This document shows, piece after piece, positions 39,131-53,301 of a stretch of DNA of 64,000 nucleotides. The notes below the pieces were generated by a model. The model saw only the letters and a list, made by a program, of their open reading frames with translations, was not told the origin of the DNA and did no database searches. The DNA is from Zophobihabitans entericus. Its GTDB lineage: Bacteria > Pseudomonadota > Gammaproteobacteria > Enterobacterales > Orbaceae. Positions within the stretch are counted from its first letter, which is position 1, and the number at the start of each line of letters is the position of its first letter. The stretch is taken from NCBI RefSeq assembly GCF_011745665.1, contig NZ_CP050253.1, positions 35,418 through 99,417 on the forward strand, given 5' to 3'. Position numbers and translations under genes: made by a program.

Positions 39131-40684
39131 ATGAAGAGACCAATGTTAAAACAGTTTCAACAAGTCACTGAATATCATTCAGATCCGACCTCTGTCTTTT
39201 ATCATTTATGTCAGAAAAAACCAGCCAGCTTGTTACTGGAGTCTGCTGAAATTGATAATAAACAAGGAATTAAAAGTTTAATGATCATTGATAGTGCTTT
39301 ACGGATAACAGCACAAGGTCGAACTGTTAAAATTGAAGCATTAACTGACAATGGCTTATCGTTATTACCTTTACTAAAAGCACAACAATCCGCTTTAGTG
39401 ACCACTCAGTTAACTGATAATCACCTGATACTCACCTACCCACCTATTGATGCACTACTTGATGAAGACAGTAAAATTAAAGCACCATCAGTATTTGATA
39501 CGCTAAGAGATTTACTCAAACTAGTCGATTTGCCCGCTGATGCCGACCAGCATAGTCTGCTGGTTGGTGGATTATTTAGTTACGATTTAGCCACAGAGTT
39601 TGAAGCTATCGCCACTTTACCCGAATATCAGCATTGTCCTGATTACTGTTTTTATCTGTCAGAAACACTATTTACCCTTAATCATAAAACTAAAACAGCC
39701 AAGCTTTCAGCCTGTTTATTCACACCAAATGATAACGAAGAACAGCGTTTAAAAGCCCGTCTGCTGGATATTACCACCCAGCTTACCTGTTCAACGGTTT
39801 CTATTCCAAAACAAACTCTGCCATCACCCGAGCTAACAGGCTCTGTCAGTGATGAGCAATTTAAAACGACGGTTAAAAAGATGCAGGACGCGATCACTCA
39901 GGGGGAGATTTTTCAGGTTGTTCCTTCGCGCAGATTTTTTGTTCCCTGTCCTGAACCTCTTGCAGCCTATCAAACACTAAAACAGCAAAATCCAAGCCCT
40001 TATATGTTTTATATGCAGGATGAGCATTTTACACTGTTTGGCGCTTCGCCAGAAAGTGCCCTTAAATACACCAAAGAAACCAATCAAGTTGAAATTTACC
40101 CCATCGCAGGTACTCGCCCTCGTGGACGAAACCCACAGCAAAAAATTGATCCGGATTTAGATAGCCGTCTGGAACTGGAAATGCGCACTGATAAAAAAGA
40201 GCTGGCAGAGCATCTGATGCTGGTTGATTTAGCCCGCAATGATTTAGCCCGTATTTGTCAGCCTGGTACCCGCTACACACCGGAGCTGCTAAAAGTTGAT
40301 CGCTATTCTCATGTGATGCATCTGGTATCGCGGGTTGTTGGTCAGCTAAGACAGGATTTAGATGCCCTGCACGCCTATCAGGCAACCATGAATATGGGAA
40401 CACTAACAGGCGCACCAAAAGTCAGAGCAATGCAACTGATTGCAGAAACAGAACAAACAAGGCGTGGCAGTTACGGCGGAGCTATTGGTTACTTTACCGC
40501 AAAAGGTGATTTTGATACCTGTATTGTGATTCGCTCTGCGTTTGTAGCTAATGATATTGCTACCATTCAGGCTGGTGCAGGAGTAGTCTTTGATTCAGAT
40601 CCGCAAGCTGAATCTGATGAAACTTATTACAAAGCCAAAGCAGTCATTAATGCAATTCAGACTGCTCATCAGGAGGCACGATAA
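39131..40684 (+). CDS. trpE: Anthranilate synthase component I.
   Basis: Chorismate-binding domain. First gene after the trp leader. Confidence 0.95.
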   Translation: MKRPMLKQFQQVTEYHSDPTSVFYHLCQKKPASLLLESAEIDNKQGIKSLMIIDSALRITAQGRTVKIEALTDNGLSLLPLLKAQQSALVTTQLTDNHLILTYPPIDALLDEDSKIKAPSVFDTLRDLLKLVDLPADADQHSLLVGGLFSYDLATEFEAIATLPEYQHCPDYCFYLSETLFTLNHKTKTAKLSACLFTPNDNEEQRLKARLLDITTQLTCSTVSIPKQTLPSPELTGSVSDEQFKTTVKKMQDAITQGEIFQVVPSRRFFVPCPEPLAAYQTLKQQNPSPYMFYMQDEHFTLFGASPESALKYTKETNQVEIYPIAGTRPRGRNPQQKIDPDLDSRLELEMRTDKKELAEHLMLVDLARNDLARICQPGTRYTPELLKVDRYSHVMHLVSRVVGQLRQDLDALHAYQATMNMGTLTGAPKVRAMQLIAETEQTRRGSYGGAIGYFTAKGDFDTCIVIRSAFVANDIATIQAGAGVVFDSDPQAESDETYYKAKAVINAIQTAHQEAR

Positions 40685-42312
40685 TGGCTAACATCTTACT
40701 TTTAGATAACATCGATTCCTTCACCTATAACTTAGCGGATTTACTACGTCAACAGGAACATCAGGTGACAATTTATCGCAATACCGTTCCTGCTGATGTG
40801 ATTATCGATAAACTCAATCAGATGAGTGATCCAATTTTAATGTTATCACCAGGTCCTGGCACACCGTCGAAAGCAGGTTGCATGGCAGAGCTTATCAAAC
40901 GCCTGAAAGGTCAAATTCCTATCATTGGTATTTGTTTAGGCCATCAGGCTATTGTTGAAGCTTATGGCGGAATTATTGTGCCAACAGGTGAGATTCTGCA
41001 TGGTAAAGCCTCACTCATTGAACATGATAATCAGGCGATGTTTGTTGGTCTGCCCAATCCATTACCTGTAGCGCGTTACCATTCACTCAGAGGGGAAAAC
41101 ATTCCTAACAACCTGACGATCAATGCCTATTTTAACCGCGTTGTGATGGCAGTACGTAATGAAGCAGATCGGATTTGTGGTTTTCAGTTCCACCCTGAAT
41201 CAATCCTGACCACACATGGTGCTAAACTTTTACAGCAAACTATTGAGTGGATTGCAAAACTTCCTAAAGTACTACCAGAGTCACAAAATTTAGTCGTTAA
41301 GCATCGGGCAGTGCGCCCCATTATTGACAAGCTCTATCAGGGACAATCTCTAACCCAGACAGAAAGCCAAATCTTCTTTGAACAAGTGATTCAGGGCCAA
41401 ATTGCCGAAACTGAGCTGGCAACAGCCATTATCAGCATGAAAGTGCGCGGTGAAACACCTTATGAAATAGCCGGAGCAGCACAAGCTCTGCTGAATAATG
41501 CTGAAGCATTTCCGGCACCTGACTATGATTTTGCAGATATTGTCGGTACTGGTGGTGATGGCACTAACAGTATTAATATTTCAACGGCCAGTGCTTTTGT
41601 TGCTGCTTCACTTGGCTTTCCGGTCGCCAAACATGGTAATCGTGGTGTATCCAGCCAGTCTGGTTCATCAGACGTATTATCAGTACTTGGACTTAAACTG
41701 AATCTGGCGGCTGATATCTCTCGTCAGGCGCTGGATGATTTACAGGTTTGCTTCCTGTTTGCTCAGCAATACCATTCTGGTTTCCGTCACGCGGCACCTG
41801 TACGTCAGCAGCTTAAAACCAGAACCATTTTTAATATTTTAGGTCCACTGATTAATCCGGCCAGACCAAAAAGAATTCTGCTGGGTGTTTATCACCCGGC
41901 GCTGTTAAAACCAATAGCAGAAACACTGAAAATGCTGAACTACCAGCACGCTTTAGTGGTACATGGTTCGGGTTTGGATGAGGTAGCGATTCACGGTGAA
42001 ACTCAGGTGGCAGAAGTTAAAGATGGCACAATTAATTATTACTCCGTCACTCCAGCTGATTTTGGCTTAGAGCAATATGCACTGGAAGATATCTGCGGCG
42101 GCACACCAGAACAAAATGGGCATATTTTACAAACGATCTTACAAGGTAAAGGTACTCTCGCCCACGAATCAGCAATTGCCGTTAACGTAGCTATGGTAAT
42201 GCGCTTATTCGCTAAAGATGACCTTAGTGCTAATGCACAGCAAGCACTGGTTATGATCCGCAGCGGTCAACCTTATCAACGCTTACAACAACTTGTCGCC
42301 AGAGGTCAATAA
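40684..42312 (+). CDS. trpD: Bifunctional anthranilate synthase component II (glutamine amidotransferase) / anthranilate phosphoribosyltransferase (fused TrpG-TrpD).
   Basis: N-terminal GATase (…GICLGHQ…). C-terminal PRTase with a GTGGDG motif. Same fusion as E. coli. Confidence 0.95.
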   Translation: MANILLLDNIDSFTYNLADLLRQQEHQVTIYRNTVPADVIIDKLNQMSDPILMLSPGPGTPSKAGCMAELIKRLKGQIPIIGICLGHQAIVEAYGGIIVPTGEILHGKASLIEHDNQAMFVGLPNPLPVARYHSLRGENIPNNLTINAYFNRVVMAVRNEADRICGFQFHPESILTTHGAKLLQQTIEWIAKLPKVLPESQNLVVKHRAVRPIIDKLYQGQSLTQTESQIFFEQVIQGQIAETELATAIISMKVRGETPYEIAGAAQALLNNAEAFPAPDYDFADIVGTGGDGTNSINISTASAFVAASLGFPVAKHGNRGVSSQSGSSDVLSVLGLKLNLAADISRQALDDLQVCFLFAQQYHSGFRHAAPVRQQLKTRTIFNILGPLINPARPKRILLGVYHPALLKPIAETLKMLNYQHALVVHGSGLDEVAIHGETQVAEVKDGTINYYSVTPADFGLEQYALEDICGGTPEQNGHILQTILQGKGTLAHESAIAVNVAMVMRLFAKDDLSANAQQALVMIRSGQPYQRLQQLVARGQ

Positions 42313-43715
42313 TGCCTATTCTTACTGATAATATTAAACACTCAACGGTCCTGACTAAAATCGTACAAGACAAAGCGATCTGGTTAGAGAAACAGAAACA
42401 TCGTCTGCCGCTTACTCAGTTTGAGTCGCACATTAATACTCAAACTCGCGACTTTTATCAGGCACTAAAACAACCCAGACCGGTGTTTATTTTAGAATGT
42501 AAAAAAGCCTCTCCGTCTAAAGGACTGATTCGGGCTGATTTTGATGTTGAGCAGATTGGTACAGCGTATAAACCTTATGCTGATGTTATTTCTGTGTTAA
42601 CTGACGACCCCTACTTTCAGGGTGATTTTAGTTATCTAAAAATCATGCATGATACCGTTCCTCAGCCGGTGCTGTGCAAAGATTTTATTATCGATCCGTA
42701 TCAAATTTATCTCGCACGTTACTATCAGGCTGATGCGATTTTACTGATGCTCTCGGTACTTGATGATGAACAATATCAAATTCTGAGTCAGCTTGCTCAT
42801 CAGCTCAATATGGGTGTATTGACTGAAGCCAGCACAGAGGAAGAAGTTACCAGAGCAATCAATCTTAAAGCAAAAGTCATTGGTATTAATAATCGTAATC
42901 TGCGCAACTTATCTGTAGATCTGAACCGCGTGAAACAGCTTTCAACCGCTATTCCCAAAGAAACCACGATTATCAGCGAATCAGGTATCTATACACATAA
43001 ACAAGTACAGGAACTCAGTCCATTTGCTAATGGTTTTTTAATTGGTAGTGCCTTAATGGAAGAAGAGGATCTAAGTAACGCCGTACGTAAAGTGATCTTT
43101 GGTGAAAATAAAGTGTGTGGTTTAACTAATCCTCAGGATGCACAAGCTGTTTATCAGGCTGGCAGTTTTTATGGTGGTTTAATCTTTGTGAAAACATCTC
43201 CACGCGTTGTGACGGTTGATCAGGCAAGAGAGATCATTCAGTCAGTACCTCTGAACTGGGTGGGTGTGTTTCGTGATGAAGCAATTCCAACCATTGCTGA
43301 TATCGCTAAGGAACTCAAATTAACCGCGGTGCAACTGCATGGGCAGGAAGACGGTCATTACATTGAATTGCTGGCTAAATCTTTACCCAAGCATTGCCAG
43401 ATCTGGCAAGCCGTCACAATCAAAGATCACGTTCCAGCTTGTGATAACCCACTGGTTAAACGCTATATCTTTGACAATGGTGCCGGTGGTACCGGGCAGC
43501 GTTTTAACTGGCAATTATTAAAACATAGCCCACTCAATAGCGTACTGCTCGCCGGTGGGATTAACCCGGAGAACGTACAACAAGCACTGAGTTATGGATG
43601 TTTAGGAGTGGATATTAATTCTGGTGTTGAATCCAAGCCCGGTATTAAAGATCACCAACTATTAACACAAATCTTTACTCAATTACGCCAGTATCAGGCA
43701 AGAAGCACAGCTTAA
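42312..43715 (+). CDS. trpC: Bifunctional indole-3-glycerol-phosphate synthase / phosphoribosylanthranilate isomerase (TrpC-TrpF).
   Basis: 467 aa, with IGPS and PRAI domains. Overlapping start. Confidence 0.95.
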   Translation: MPILTDNIKHSTVLTKIVQDKAIWLEKQKHRLPLTQFESHINTQTRDFYQALKQPRPVFILECKKASPSKGLIRADFDVEQIGTAYKPYADVISVLTDDPYFQGDFSYLKIMHDTVPQPVLCKDFIIDPYQIYLARYYQADAILLMLSVLDDEQYQILSQLAHQLNMGVLTEASTEEEVTRAINLKAKVIGINNRNLRNLSVDLNRVKQLSTAIPKETTIISESGIYTHKQVQELSPFANGFLIGSALMEEEDLSNAVRKVIFGENKVCGLTNPQDAQAVYQAGSFYGGLIFVKTSPRVVTVDQAREIIQSVPLNWVGVFRDEAIPTIADIAKELKLTAVQLHGQEDGHYIELLAKSLPKHCQIWQAVTIKDHVPACDNPLVKRYIFDNGAGGTGQRFNWQLLKHSPLNSVLLAGGINPENVQQALSYGCLGVDINSGVESKPGIKDHQLLTQIFTQLRQYQARSTA

Positions 43716-43728
43716 CAGGATAACTATT

Positions 43729-44931
43729 ATGGCAAAACTTAACACTTATTTTGGCGAATTTGGCGGACAATATGTACCGCAAATTCTGATCCCGGCTCTA
43801 AACCAGCTGGAAGAGGCATTTATTGAGGCGCAAAGTGATCCTCTTTTTCAACAACAGTTCTTTGCTCTGCTACATAATTATGCCGGCAGACCAACGGCGC
43901 TCACGCTTTGTCAAAACCTGACTAAAGGAACCAAAACTAAACTTTACCTGAAACGTGAAGATTTACTCCATGGCGGTGCTCACAAAACCAATCAGGTTCT
44001 GGGTCAGGCACTGCTTGCCAAACGTATGGGTAAGACCGAAATTATTGCCGAAACCGGCGCCGGTCAACACGGGGTTGCCTCCGCACTGGCTTGTGCTTTA
44101 CTTGGACTTAAATGCCGTATCTATATGGGAGCAAAAGATATTGAGCGTCAGGCACCAAACGTTTTTCGTATGAAACTGATGGGAGCAGAAGTCATCTCAG
44201 TTAAAAGTGGTTCTGCCACATTAAAAGATGCCTGTAATGAAGCACTGCGAGACTGGTCTGGCAGCTATGAAACAGCGCACTATATGCTAGGTACTGCTGC
44301 AGGCCCTCACCCATTCCCGACGATTGTCAGAGAGTTCCAGCAGATGATCAGTGCAGAAACGAAACAACAAATTCTGGTCAAAGAAGGACGCTTACCTGAT
44401 GCTGTAATCGCTTGCGTGGGCGGTGGTTCTAATGCCATTGGCATGTTTACCAATTTTATTGCTGACAAACAAGTACAACTAATCGGCGTAGAGCCTGCTG
44501 GTAAAGGCATCGAAACAGGGCAACACGGCGCACCACTAAAACATGGTCATGTCGGGATCTACTTTGGAATGAAATCCCCAATGATGCAAACAGAGGAAGG
44601 ACAAATTGAAGAGTCTTATTCTGTCTCTGCTGGTTTAGACTTCCCGTCTGTTGGCCCGCAGCATGCTTATTTAAACAGCATCGGACGAGCTGATTATGTC
44701 TCTATCGCTGATGACGAAGCATTGGACGCCTTTTTAGCACTCTCAAGACATGAAGGTATCATCCCGGCACTTGAATCATCACACGCATTAGCTCATGCAT
44801 TAAAAATGATTAAACAGGCACCAGACAAAGAACAACTACTGGTAGTAAACCTATCCGGACGAGGTGATAAAGATATTTTCACTGTCTCAGATATCTTAAA
44901 GGCAAAAGGAGAATTCCATGACAGCATCTAA
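43729..44931 (+). CDS. trpB: Tryptophan synthase beta chain.
   Basis: [25 protein letters not shown]… PLP-lysine region. Full length. Confidence 0.97.
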   Translation: MAKLNTYFGEFGGQYVPQILIPALNQLEEAFIEAQSDPLFQQQFFALLHNYAGRPTALTLCQNLTKGTKTKLYLKREDLLHGGAHKTNQVLGQALLAKRMGKTEIIAETGAGQHGVASALACALLGLKCRIYMGAKDIERQAPNVFRMKLMGAEVISVKSGSATLKDACNEALRDWSGSYETAHYMLGTAAGPHPFPTIVREFQQMISAETKQQILVKEGRLPDAVIACVGGGSNAIGMFTNFIADKQVQLIGVEPAGKGIETGQHGAPLKHGHVGIYFGMKSPMMQTEEGQIEESYSVSAGLDFPSVGPQHAYLNSIGRADYVSIADDEALDAFLALSRHEGIIPALESSHALAHALKMIKQAPDKEQLLVVNLSGRGDKDIFTVSDILKAKGEFHDSI

Positions 44932-45736
44932 TCGTTATCAGGCTTTATTCACCGGACTAAACGTTAAAAAAGAAGGCGCCTTTATTCCGTTTGTCACCCT
45001 TGGCGATCCTACGCCTCAAATATCCTTAGATATCATTGATACACTGGTAACATCAGGTGCTGACGCGTTGGAGCTGGGGATTCCGTTTTCCGATCCTTTG
45101 GCTGATGGGCCAACCATTCAAAATGCAACACTGCGTGCATTTGCCGGTGGCATTACCGTGGCTAAATGTTTTGAGATGTTGACTATAATTCGCAGTAAAT
45201 ACCCTGATCTACCCATTGGTGTGCTGGTTTATGCTAATTTAGTCTTTCGGGGCGGTATCGATTCATTTTATGCACGATGCGCTAAAGCAGGTGTTGATTC
45301 TGTCCTTGTTGCCGACGTCCCTCTGGAAGAGTCAGAACCATTCAGACAAGCTGCTCTGGCACATGATATTGATCCTATTTTTATCTGTCCACCTAACGCC
45401 ACGCCAGAAGTTATTCAGCAGATTGCATTAAATGGCAGTGGCTATACTTATCTAGTCTCCCGCTCTGGTGTCACTGGTGCAGAAAATAGCGCGAGTCAAT
45501 CTCTGACTCATCTGGTTAAACAGCTGGCTGAAGCAAAAGCGCCGCCAGCAATTCAGGGATTTGGTATATCTAAACCAAAGCAAGTAAAAGAAACCATTAC
45601 GTCCGGAGCGATGGGCGCAATTTCAGGTTCCGCAGTGGTCAATATTATTGCCCGTCATCTGACTCAACCGGAACAGATGAAAACTGAACTGATGCAGTTT
45701 TGCTTACAAATGAAGGGGGCAACAAAGTATAACTAA
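44918..45736 (+). CDS. trpA: Tryptophan synthase alpha chain.
   Basis: [13 protein letters not shown]…[20 protein letters not shown]. Overlaps trpB. Confidence 0.97.
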   Translation: MTASNRYQALFTGLNVKKEGAFIPFVTLGDPTPQISLDIIDTLVTSGADALELGIPFSDPLADGPTIQNATLRAFAGGITVAKCFEMLTIIRSKYPDLPIGVLVYANLVFRGGIDSFYARCAKAGVDSVLVADVPLEESEPFRQAALAHDIDPIFICPPNATPEVIQQIALNGSGYTYLVSRSGVTGAENSASQSLTHLVKQLAEAKAPPAIQGFGISKPKQVKETITSGAMGAISGSAVVNIIARHLTQPEQMKTELMQFCLQMKGATKYN

Positions 45737-45753
45737 TTCTTAATATATAATTC

Positions 45754-45805
45754 CTTCAATAAAATCAAATACTTATAAATATAATAACTTATTGATTTTA
45801 TTGAA
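45754..45805. repeat. AT-rich palindrome CTTCAATAAAATCAAATA…TTATTGATTTTATTGAAG immediately after trpA.
   Basis: 18-bp arms, 16-bp spacer. Same core as the palindrome at 32816-32860. Confidence 0.6.
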
Positions 45806-45905
45806 GAAAATATTTCATTCTTATCTCAAGCTACTTTACCTATTAAAACAATCGGTTAATTTACCCATCTTTACGCTGTTTTTTCAATCTGATTACGTGT
45901 ATAAA

Positions 45906-45926
45906 TTAGTCAATATAGTTGACTAA
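45906..45926. promoter_or_regulatory. Candidate operator palindrome TTAGTCAA-TATAG-TTGACTAA upstream of the aldehyde dehydrogenase gene.
   Basis: Perfect 8-bp inverted repeat about 100 bp upstream of the ATG at 46027. Confidence 0.35.
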
Positions 45927-46026
45927 TCATATCAACTATTAGATAGTAAAAAAACAGAAGTATGACGTGTTCTTTTACTAAATATCTAATTCATACTTTT
46001 CTTTTATCAGGAAAAAGGAGTGTTCT

Positions 46027-47514
46027 ATGAAAATGATTAAAGACTTACCAGAGCAGGTTCGTCCCCAGAAACATTATCAGTTTTTAATTAATGGTGAGTG
46101 GCGAGACGGCGCAAGCAAAAAAACGTTTGTCAGTAACAACCCGGCAACCGGTGAGCAAATTGCTACATTTGCTGAAGCTGATAAAGCAGATGTGGATTTA
46201 GCCGTAGAAAGTGCCTGGAATGCATTTAAAACCTGGAGCAAAACCAGTGTTGCTGAACGCTCTGCACTACTGTTAAAAATCGCTGACAGCCTCGAAGCAC
46301 AAAAAGAACGCTTTGCTATCTTAGAAACACTCGATTCTGGTAAACCTATTCGTGAAACAAGTTCTGTCGATGTGCCTTTTGCAATTGACCATTTCCGCTA
46401 TTTTGCTGGTGTCATTCGCGGTAACAGCGGTGAAGCAGATAATATCGATAACGAAACCCTAAGTTTAGTTCTGGATGAGCCAATTGGTGTGGTTGGTCAA
46501 ATTGTTCCGTGGAACTTTCCACTACTCATGGCTGCATGGAAGCTGGCTCCGGCTATTGCCGCTGGTGACTGTGTGGTCATTAAACCATCTAAAGAAACCT
46601 CATTATCTCTGGTTGAACTTGGTAAGATCTTAAATGATATTTTACCTCCGGGTGTTGTAAATATCCTAACTGGCGCAGGTTCAAGAACTGGTGCTGAAAT
46701 GTTAGCCCATAATGGCTTTAGTAAATTAGCATTTACCGGTTCAACAGAAGTTGGTCTGGAAGTGGCTAAAGCAGCAGCAGAAAAACTGATTCCAGCAACG
46801 TTAGAACTTGGTGGTAAATCAGCTAACATCGTATTTGAAGATGCTCAGTTTGATAAAGCACTGGAAGGTGTTTGTCTGGGAATTCTGTTCAATCAGGGAC
46901 AAGTTTGTTGTGCCGGCTCACGCCTACTGTTACAGCGCTCTATCTATGATAAATTCTTAGCTGAACTGGCGTTTAAATTTGAAAATGTCAAAGTCGGTGA
47001 CCCGCTTGATCCAAATACACAAATGGGTGCACAAATTGACGATCGTCAGCTAAACAAAATCTTAAGTTATGTGGAAATTGGTAAGCAAGAAGGTGGTAAA
47101 GTGATTACCGGTGGTAAACGCTTTGGTGAGCAAGGTTCATTCCTGTGTCCAACCATCATCGCTGGCGTAACCAACAAAAACCGTATTGCTCAGGAAGAGA
47201 TTTTTGGACCAGTCTTAACCGTTATTCCATTTGATACCGAAGCAGAAGCCTTAGCGATTGCTAATGACTCTGAATATGGTTTAGGTGGTGGTGTCTGGAC
47301 TCGTGATCTTAACCGTGCACTACGTGTTGCTAAAGGCATTCAAACCGGACGTGTTTGGGTTAATACTTATAACCAAATTCCGGCACATTCACCATTTGGT
47401 GGATACAAAAAATCAGGTATCGGTCGTGAAACTCATAAATCGATCCTTGAAGCATATACTCAGAAGAAAAATATCTATATTAGTCTGTCTGAGAAGAAAC
47501 TCGGTTTTTACTAA
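46027..47514 (+). CDS. NAD(P)-dependent aldehyde dehydrogenase.
   Basis: ELGGKSANIVFEDA glutamate motif and catalytic Cys in NQGQVCCAGSRLL. AAGGAG RBS. Confidence 0.9.
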   Translation: MKMIKDLPEQVRPQKHYQFLINGEWRDGASKKTFVSNNPATGEQIATFAEADKADVDLAVESAWNAFKTWSKTSVAERSALLLKIADSLEAQKERFAILETLDSGKPIRETSSVDVPFAIDHFRYFAGVIRGNSGEADNIDNETLSLVLDEPIGVVGQIVPWNFPLLMAAWKLAPAIAAGDCVVIKPSKETSLSLVELGKILNDILPPGVVNILTGAGSRTGAEMLAHNGFSKLAFTGSTEVGLEVAKAAAEKLIPATLELGGKSANIVFEDAQFDKALEGVCLGILFNQGQVCCAGSRLLLQRSIYDKFLAELAFKFENVKVGDPLDPNTQMGAQIDDRQLNKILSYVEIGKQEGGKVITGGKRFGEQGSFLCPTIIAGVTNKNRIAQEEIFGPVLTVIPFDTEAEALAIANDSEYGLGGGVWTRDLNRALRVAKGIQTGRVWVNTYNQIPAHSPFGGYKKSGIGRETHKSILEAYTQKKNIYISLSEKKLGFY

Positions 47515-47540
47515 GCGTTACTCCTGTCGTACAAACATTT

Positions 47541-47572
47541 GCCCGGTGACCTCTACACCGGGCCTTTTTTAT
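47541..47572 (+). terminator. Rho-independent terminator after the aldehyde dehydrogenase gene.
   Basis: gcccggtg-(loop)-caccgggc hairpin followed by TTTTTTATTT. Confidence 0.8.
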
Positions 47573-47641
47573 TTCTCTTTTTATCTTAATTAAATATCAC
47601 GCCTAATTGTCTTTTTTATCGATAAACTACATTAGCATTAA

Positions 47642-48076
47642 TTAATCTGATTCAATTTTACAGACAGTAAACAATTTTCCGTTAATGTAGCTAAGATGTT
47701 TATAATAAACATTCTCCTCCATTCCCTGAGGTTTCTCGGTCACCTGATAGATCACTTCTTTAAACTCCTGCTGCATATAATCAGAACTATTTAAGATGTT
47801 ATCTATTCGTTGTAAGGAAGAAAGAAGATAATCTTTTTGTCCAAAGACACTAATTAGACTATTTATTCGGCTTTTACACGAACTTAAACTCCGGATCAAA
47901 TGTCCGATATCCGTACTCTCTGAACGAGGATGGCCAAGAATTTCAAGCACTTCTTTTTCTGTCATCCCTTCCTGAATGAGATCTACTCTGGGAGATATTT
48001 CTGTCTTAGGTGCATTATCACAGCCAGACAGCATCAGGCAGATTATGAATAATGATAATTTTATTTTACTAAACAT
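47642..48076 (-). CDS. Hypothetical lipoprotein (144 aa).
   Basis: Signal peptide with lipobox LSGC. Confidence 0.5.
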   Translation of the reverse strand: MFSKIKLSLFIICLMLSGCDNAPKTEISPRVDLIQEGMTEKEVLEILGHPRSESTDIGHLIRSLSSCKSRINSLISVFGQKDYLLSSLQRIDNILNSSDYMQQEFKEVIYQVTEKPQGMEENVYYKHLSYINGKLFTVCKIESD

Positions 48077-48319
48077 GGTAAACCTTAAATCCAGAGAATA
48101 AATTGCCTATATCATATAACAACTTTATCCATTCGATTAATAGCTATGACCACTTTTTTAAGTCTTATTACTCATCGTTATCCTAATAGCAATAAACCAT
48201 AATCAGAGATATAACATAAGTCTATTATTGCGGCATCTTTCTCAATATTTTTGCCTGTCCGGTAAAAACTGCGTACAATCAAGGCTGAAATTTTATTACT
48301 GATAACACAAAAATTTACT

Positions 48320-48775
48320 ATGCATAAATCTATTCTGGCAGCGTTAATTACTGCTATTTTGTCCGCGGTTTTGGTTTGGTTCTCAGCCTATTTAGGTCTT
48401 CCTTTCTGGATGTGTTTACTTGGCGGAGCGGCATCTTTTGCTATCCCTAAATCAGGACTCGCTGGTTTACTGACGACATTACTGACCACATTACTTGGTG
48501 TTTTATTCGGCGTATTATTACTCAAAGGTACCCCGTTACTGCCACATTTTGCATATCAGAGAGAAATCCTCATCGGTCTGCTGGTGTTTATTTTGTATCT
48601 GAGTACACGCGCTGGTTTACTTGCCTTTTTCACCGGTTCAGTCATTGGTTTTGCTGTACTTGTTGCCTCACAAGGTAACTGGATGATTGTCTGTCAGGCG
48701 CTGGTGATTGGCGTATTATTTGGTTTTATCGCCAAATCCCTCAATCAGCTTGTGGCTGGCGAGAACATAAAATAA
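48320..48775 (+). CDS. Small polytopic inner-membrane protein (possibly DUF1097/YcdZ-like).
   Basis: Four predicted TM helices. Gly/Leu-rich. Confidence 0.5.
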   Translation: MHKSILAALITAILSAVLVWFSAYLGLPFWMCLLGGAASFAIPKSGLAGLLTTLLTTLLGVLFGVLLLKGTPLLPHFAYQREILIGLLVFILYLSTRAGLLAFFTGSVIGFAVLVASQGNWMIVCQALVIGVLFGFIAKSLNQLVAGENIK

Positions 48776-48783
48776 TTGGCTAA

Positions 48784-50991
<2,208 letters not shown>

Positions 50992-51110
50992 ATCACCGAT
51001 AATTTTTGCGAGATAGTTCGATAAATTCACTTTTTCTGCATTACAACCTATCCCTTTATGATTAATCTTGTCGCCATTTTTCATGACTCTTTTCTTTCAT
51101 AACAGGATTA

Positions 51111-52190
51111 ATGATGACCAAGCCAACAATGCGGGATGTAGCAAAACATGCCAATGTTTCAGTCGCCACTGTTTCACGCGTGATAAATCTGCCACACCTG
51201 ACATCAGACAGAGCTCAGCTCAAAGTCCATCAGGTGATTGAAGAACTGGGATATGACACCACGCAATTACTTAAACCTAAAGCGCCAAAATATCATCATA
51301 AAAAGATTTTAGTGATCGATAACCAGCTATTCTCTAATAGCCAAATCAATAAAGGTCTGGAAAGTAGTGCTAAAGCTGCCGGCTATAAACTGCTCTATCT
51401 GCGCTTTTTATATTTTACCGATTATGAAACTCAGCAAATCATTCATTACACTCTTAATCATAAGGTGGATGGCATTATCTTTATCAATGATTCTCCTTAT
51501 CTGCACGAATTACAAAAACTCATTACCGTTTTGCCACCTATTGTAGTTCTGAATTATTTTTCCCTCGACTATTCCTGCCTCTACTTTGATCATTTGACTA
51601 TTGCTTTTAAAGCGACAGAATATCTGTTGCAACAAGGGCACAATCGTATCGCTTGTTTGATTCCATCGCGGGAAAAACAAAGTAATATCTATATTCAGCA
51701 GGGTTACACGCAGGCTCTAAATCGTCTTGGACACAGTTTTAACATCGACTATTTTATTGAGGGCTGCTGCACTTTTGAAAGTGGCAGGCTGGCAGTAAAA
51801 ACCCTGATGAAAAGTCGCCAGCCACCTACTGCTCTTATCTGTTTTGATAGCACTAATCTTAATTATTTAGATGAAGACTGTTTTATAGAGGCCTCATCCA
51901 GCCAACCCTCCTCAGAACAAAGTCTGCTTAAAGGCGTACTCTATCAGATCAAAAAGCTGGGTCTGGTAATACCCGGGCATCTGTCAATTATGCATACCAC
52001 TCATCTGCAACAACATGAAGATTTTACTGAACCACTACTCACACATATCCATAAACCGTTGTATAAAATGGGGGAAGAGGGATTTGCACTGTTACTGACT
52101 AAATTAAAATCCTACTCTGTGGCAAATACCTCAAAATTGATTCCAACAGAACTTGTCATCAGGCATTCTGTTCTGGATAAAACTGTGTAA
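51111..52190 (+). CDS. LacI-family transcriptional regulator. It sits in the CytR position relative to priA.
   Basis: N-terminal HTH MRDVAKHANVSVATVSRVIN. Periplasmic-binding-protein-like effector domain. priA-cytR adjacency as in E. coli. Confidence 0.75.
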   Translation: MMTKPTMRDVAKHANVSVATVSRVINLPHLTSDRAQLKVHQVIEELGYDTTQLLKPKAPKYHHKKILVIDNQLFSNSQINKGLESSAKAAGYKLLYLRFLYFTDYETQQIIHYTLNHKVDGIIFINDSPYLHELQKLITVLPPIVVLNYFSLDYSCLYFDHLTIAFKATEYLLQQGHNRIACLIPSREKQSNIYIQQGYTQALNRLGHSFNIDYFIEGCCTFESGRLAVKTLMKSRQPPTALICFDSTNLNYLDEDCFIEASSSQPSSEQSLLKGVLYQIKKLGLVIPGHLSIMHTTHLQQHEDFTEPLLTHIHKPLYKMGEEGFALLLTKLKSYSVANTSKLIPTELVIRHSVLDKTV

Positions 52191-52274
52191 AAATGAGCGT
52201 TGTTTTCTATTCGCATTTTTGCCATATTTATTGCATACTATACAACTAATTTGTAAGTCAATTAGGTATATGTC

Positions 52275-53270
52275 ATGGAACTACTCTGCCCTGCTGGTTC
52301 ATTACCAGCGCTAAAAACTGCAATCGATAATGGAGCTGATGCAGTTTATATTGGTCTTAAGGATGACACCAACGCGCGTCACTTTGCAGGACTTAACTTT
52401 ACCGATCAAAAACTGGAAGAAGCCTCTTCTTACGTTCACAGTCATGGTAAAAAACTACATATTGCAATTAATACCTTTGCTCACCCGGATAAATTTACCC
52501 GCTGGCAACACGCGGTTGACGTAGCTGCTGATATTGGTGCCGATGCTTTAATCATTGCTGATCTGGCAATGCTGGAATACGCTGCCGAGCGCTACCCGCA
52601 TATTGAAAGACACGTTTCAGTACAAGCATCAGCCACCAACGAAGAAGCAATTAAATTTTATCATCGTAACTTTAATGTCGATCGTATCGTGTTACCACGT
52701 GTATTATCTATGCATCAGGTTAAACAGTTGTCACGCGTAACACCTGTTCCGCTTGAAGTATTTGCCTTTGGTAGCTTGTGTATTATGGCTGAAGGTCGTT
52801 GCTATTTATCTTCTTACCTGACCGGTGAATCACCAAACACTGTAGGTGCTTGCTCACCCGCTAAGTTTGTACGCTGGCAGGAGACTGAAAAAGGTCTGGA
52901 ATCACGTTTAAATAACGTCTTAATCGATTGTCATAAAAAAGGGGAAAACGCCGGTTATCCGACGTTATGTAAAGGCCGCTACTTTGTTGATAATACGCTG
53001 TATCATCCAATTGAAGAGCCAACCAGTCTAAATACTTTAGAGCTGTTACCTGAACTGTTTGCTGCCAATATTGCTTCAGTCAAAATTGAGGGACGCCAAC
53101 GCAGCCCGGCTTATGTCTCTCAAATTACTAAAGTATGGCGTGAAGCTATCGATCGTTATAAAGCAAATCCAGATAACTTTGCACCACAAAAACAGTGGAT
53201 GGATACGCTTGATTCTATCTCTGAAGGGACGCAAACCACACTAGGTGCCTACCACCGTAAGTGGCAGTAA
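52275..53270 (+). CDS. ubiU: U32-family protein UbiU (O2-independent ubiquinone biosynthesis hydroxylase component).
   Basis: Near-collinear with E. coli YhbU/UbiU (MELLCPAGSLPALKTAIDNGADAVYIGLKDDTNARHFAGLNFT…TLGAYHRKWQ). Confidence 0.9.
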   Translation: MELLCPAGSLPALKTAIDNGADAVYIGLKDDTNARHFAGLNFTDQKLEEASSYVHSHGKKLHIAINTFAHPDKFTRWQHAVDVAADIGADALIIADLAMLEYAAERYPHIERHVSVQASATNEEAIKFYHRNFNVDRIVLPRVLSMHQVKQLSRVTPVPLEVFAFGSLCIMAEGRCYLSSYLTGESPNTVGACSPAKFVRWQETEKGLESRLNNVLIDCHKKGENAGYPTLCKGRYFVDNTLYHPIEEPTSLNTLELLPELFAANIASVKIEGRQRSPAYVSQITKVWREAIDRYKANPDNFAPQKQWMDTLDSISEGTQTTLGAYHRKWQ

Positions 53271-53301
53271 TTTAACAATAATGTATTGCAGGTAATTAAT
53301 T

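Noticed and set aside
39131-45736. Numerous antisense and internal small ORFs inside the trp genes (e.g. 39211-39405, 40062-40418, 44307-44510).
   Set aside because: They lie within well-supported, conserved trp coding sequences on the opposite strand or in other frames. They have no RBS and no conservation signal.
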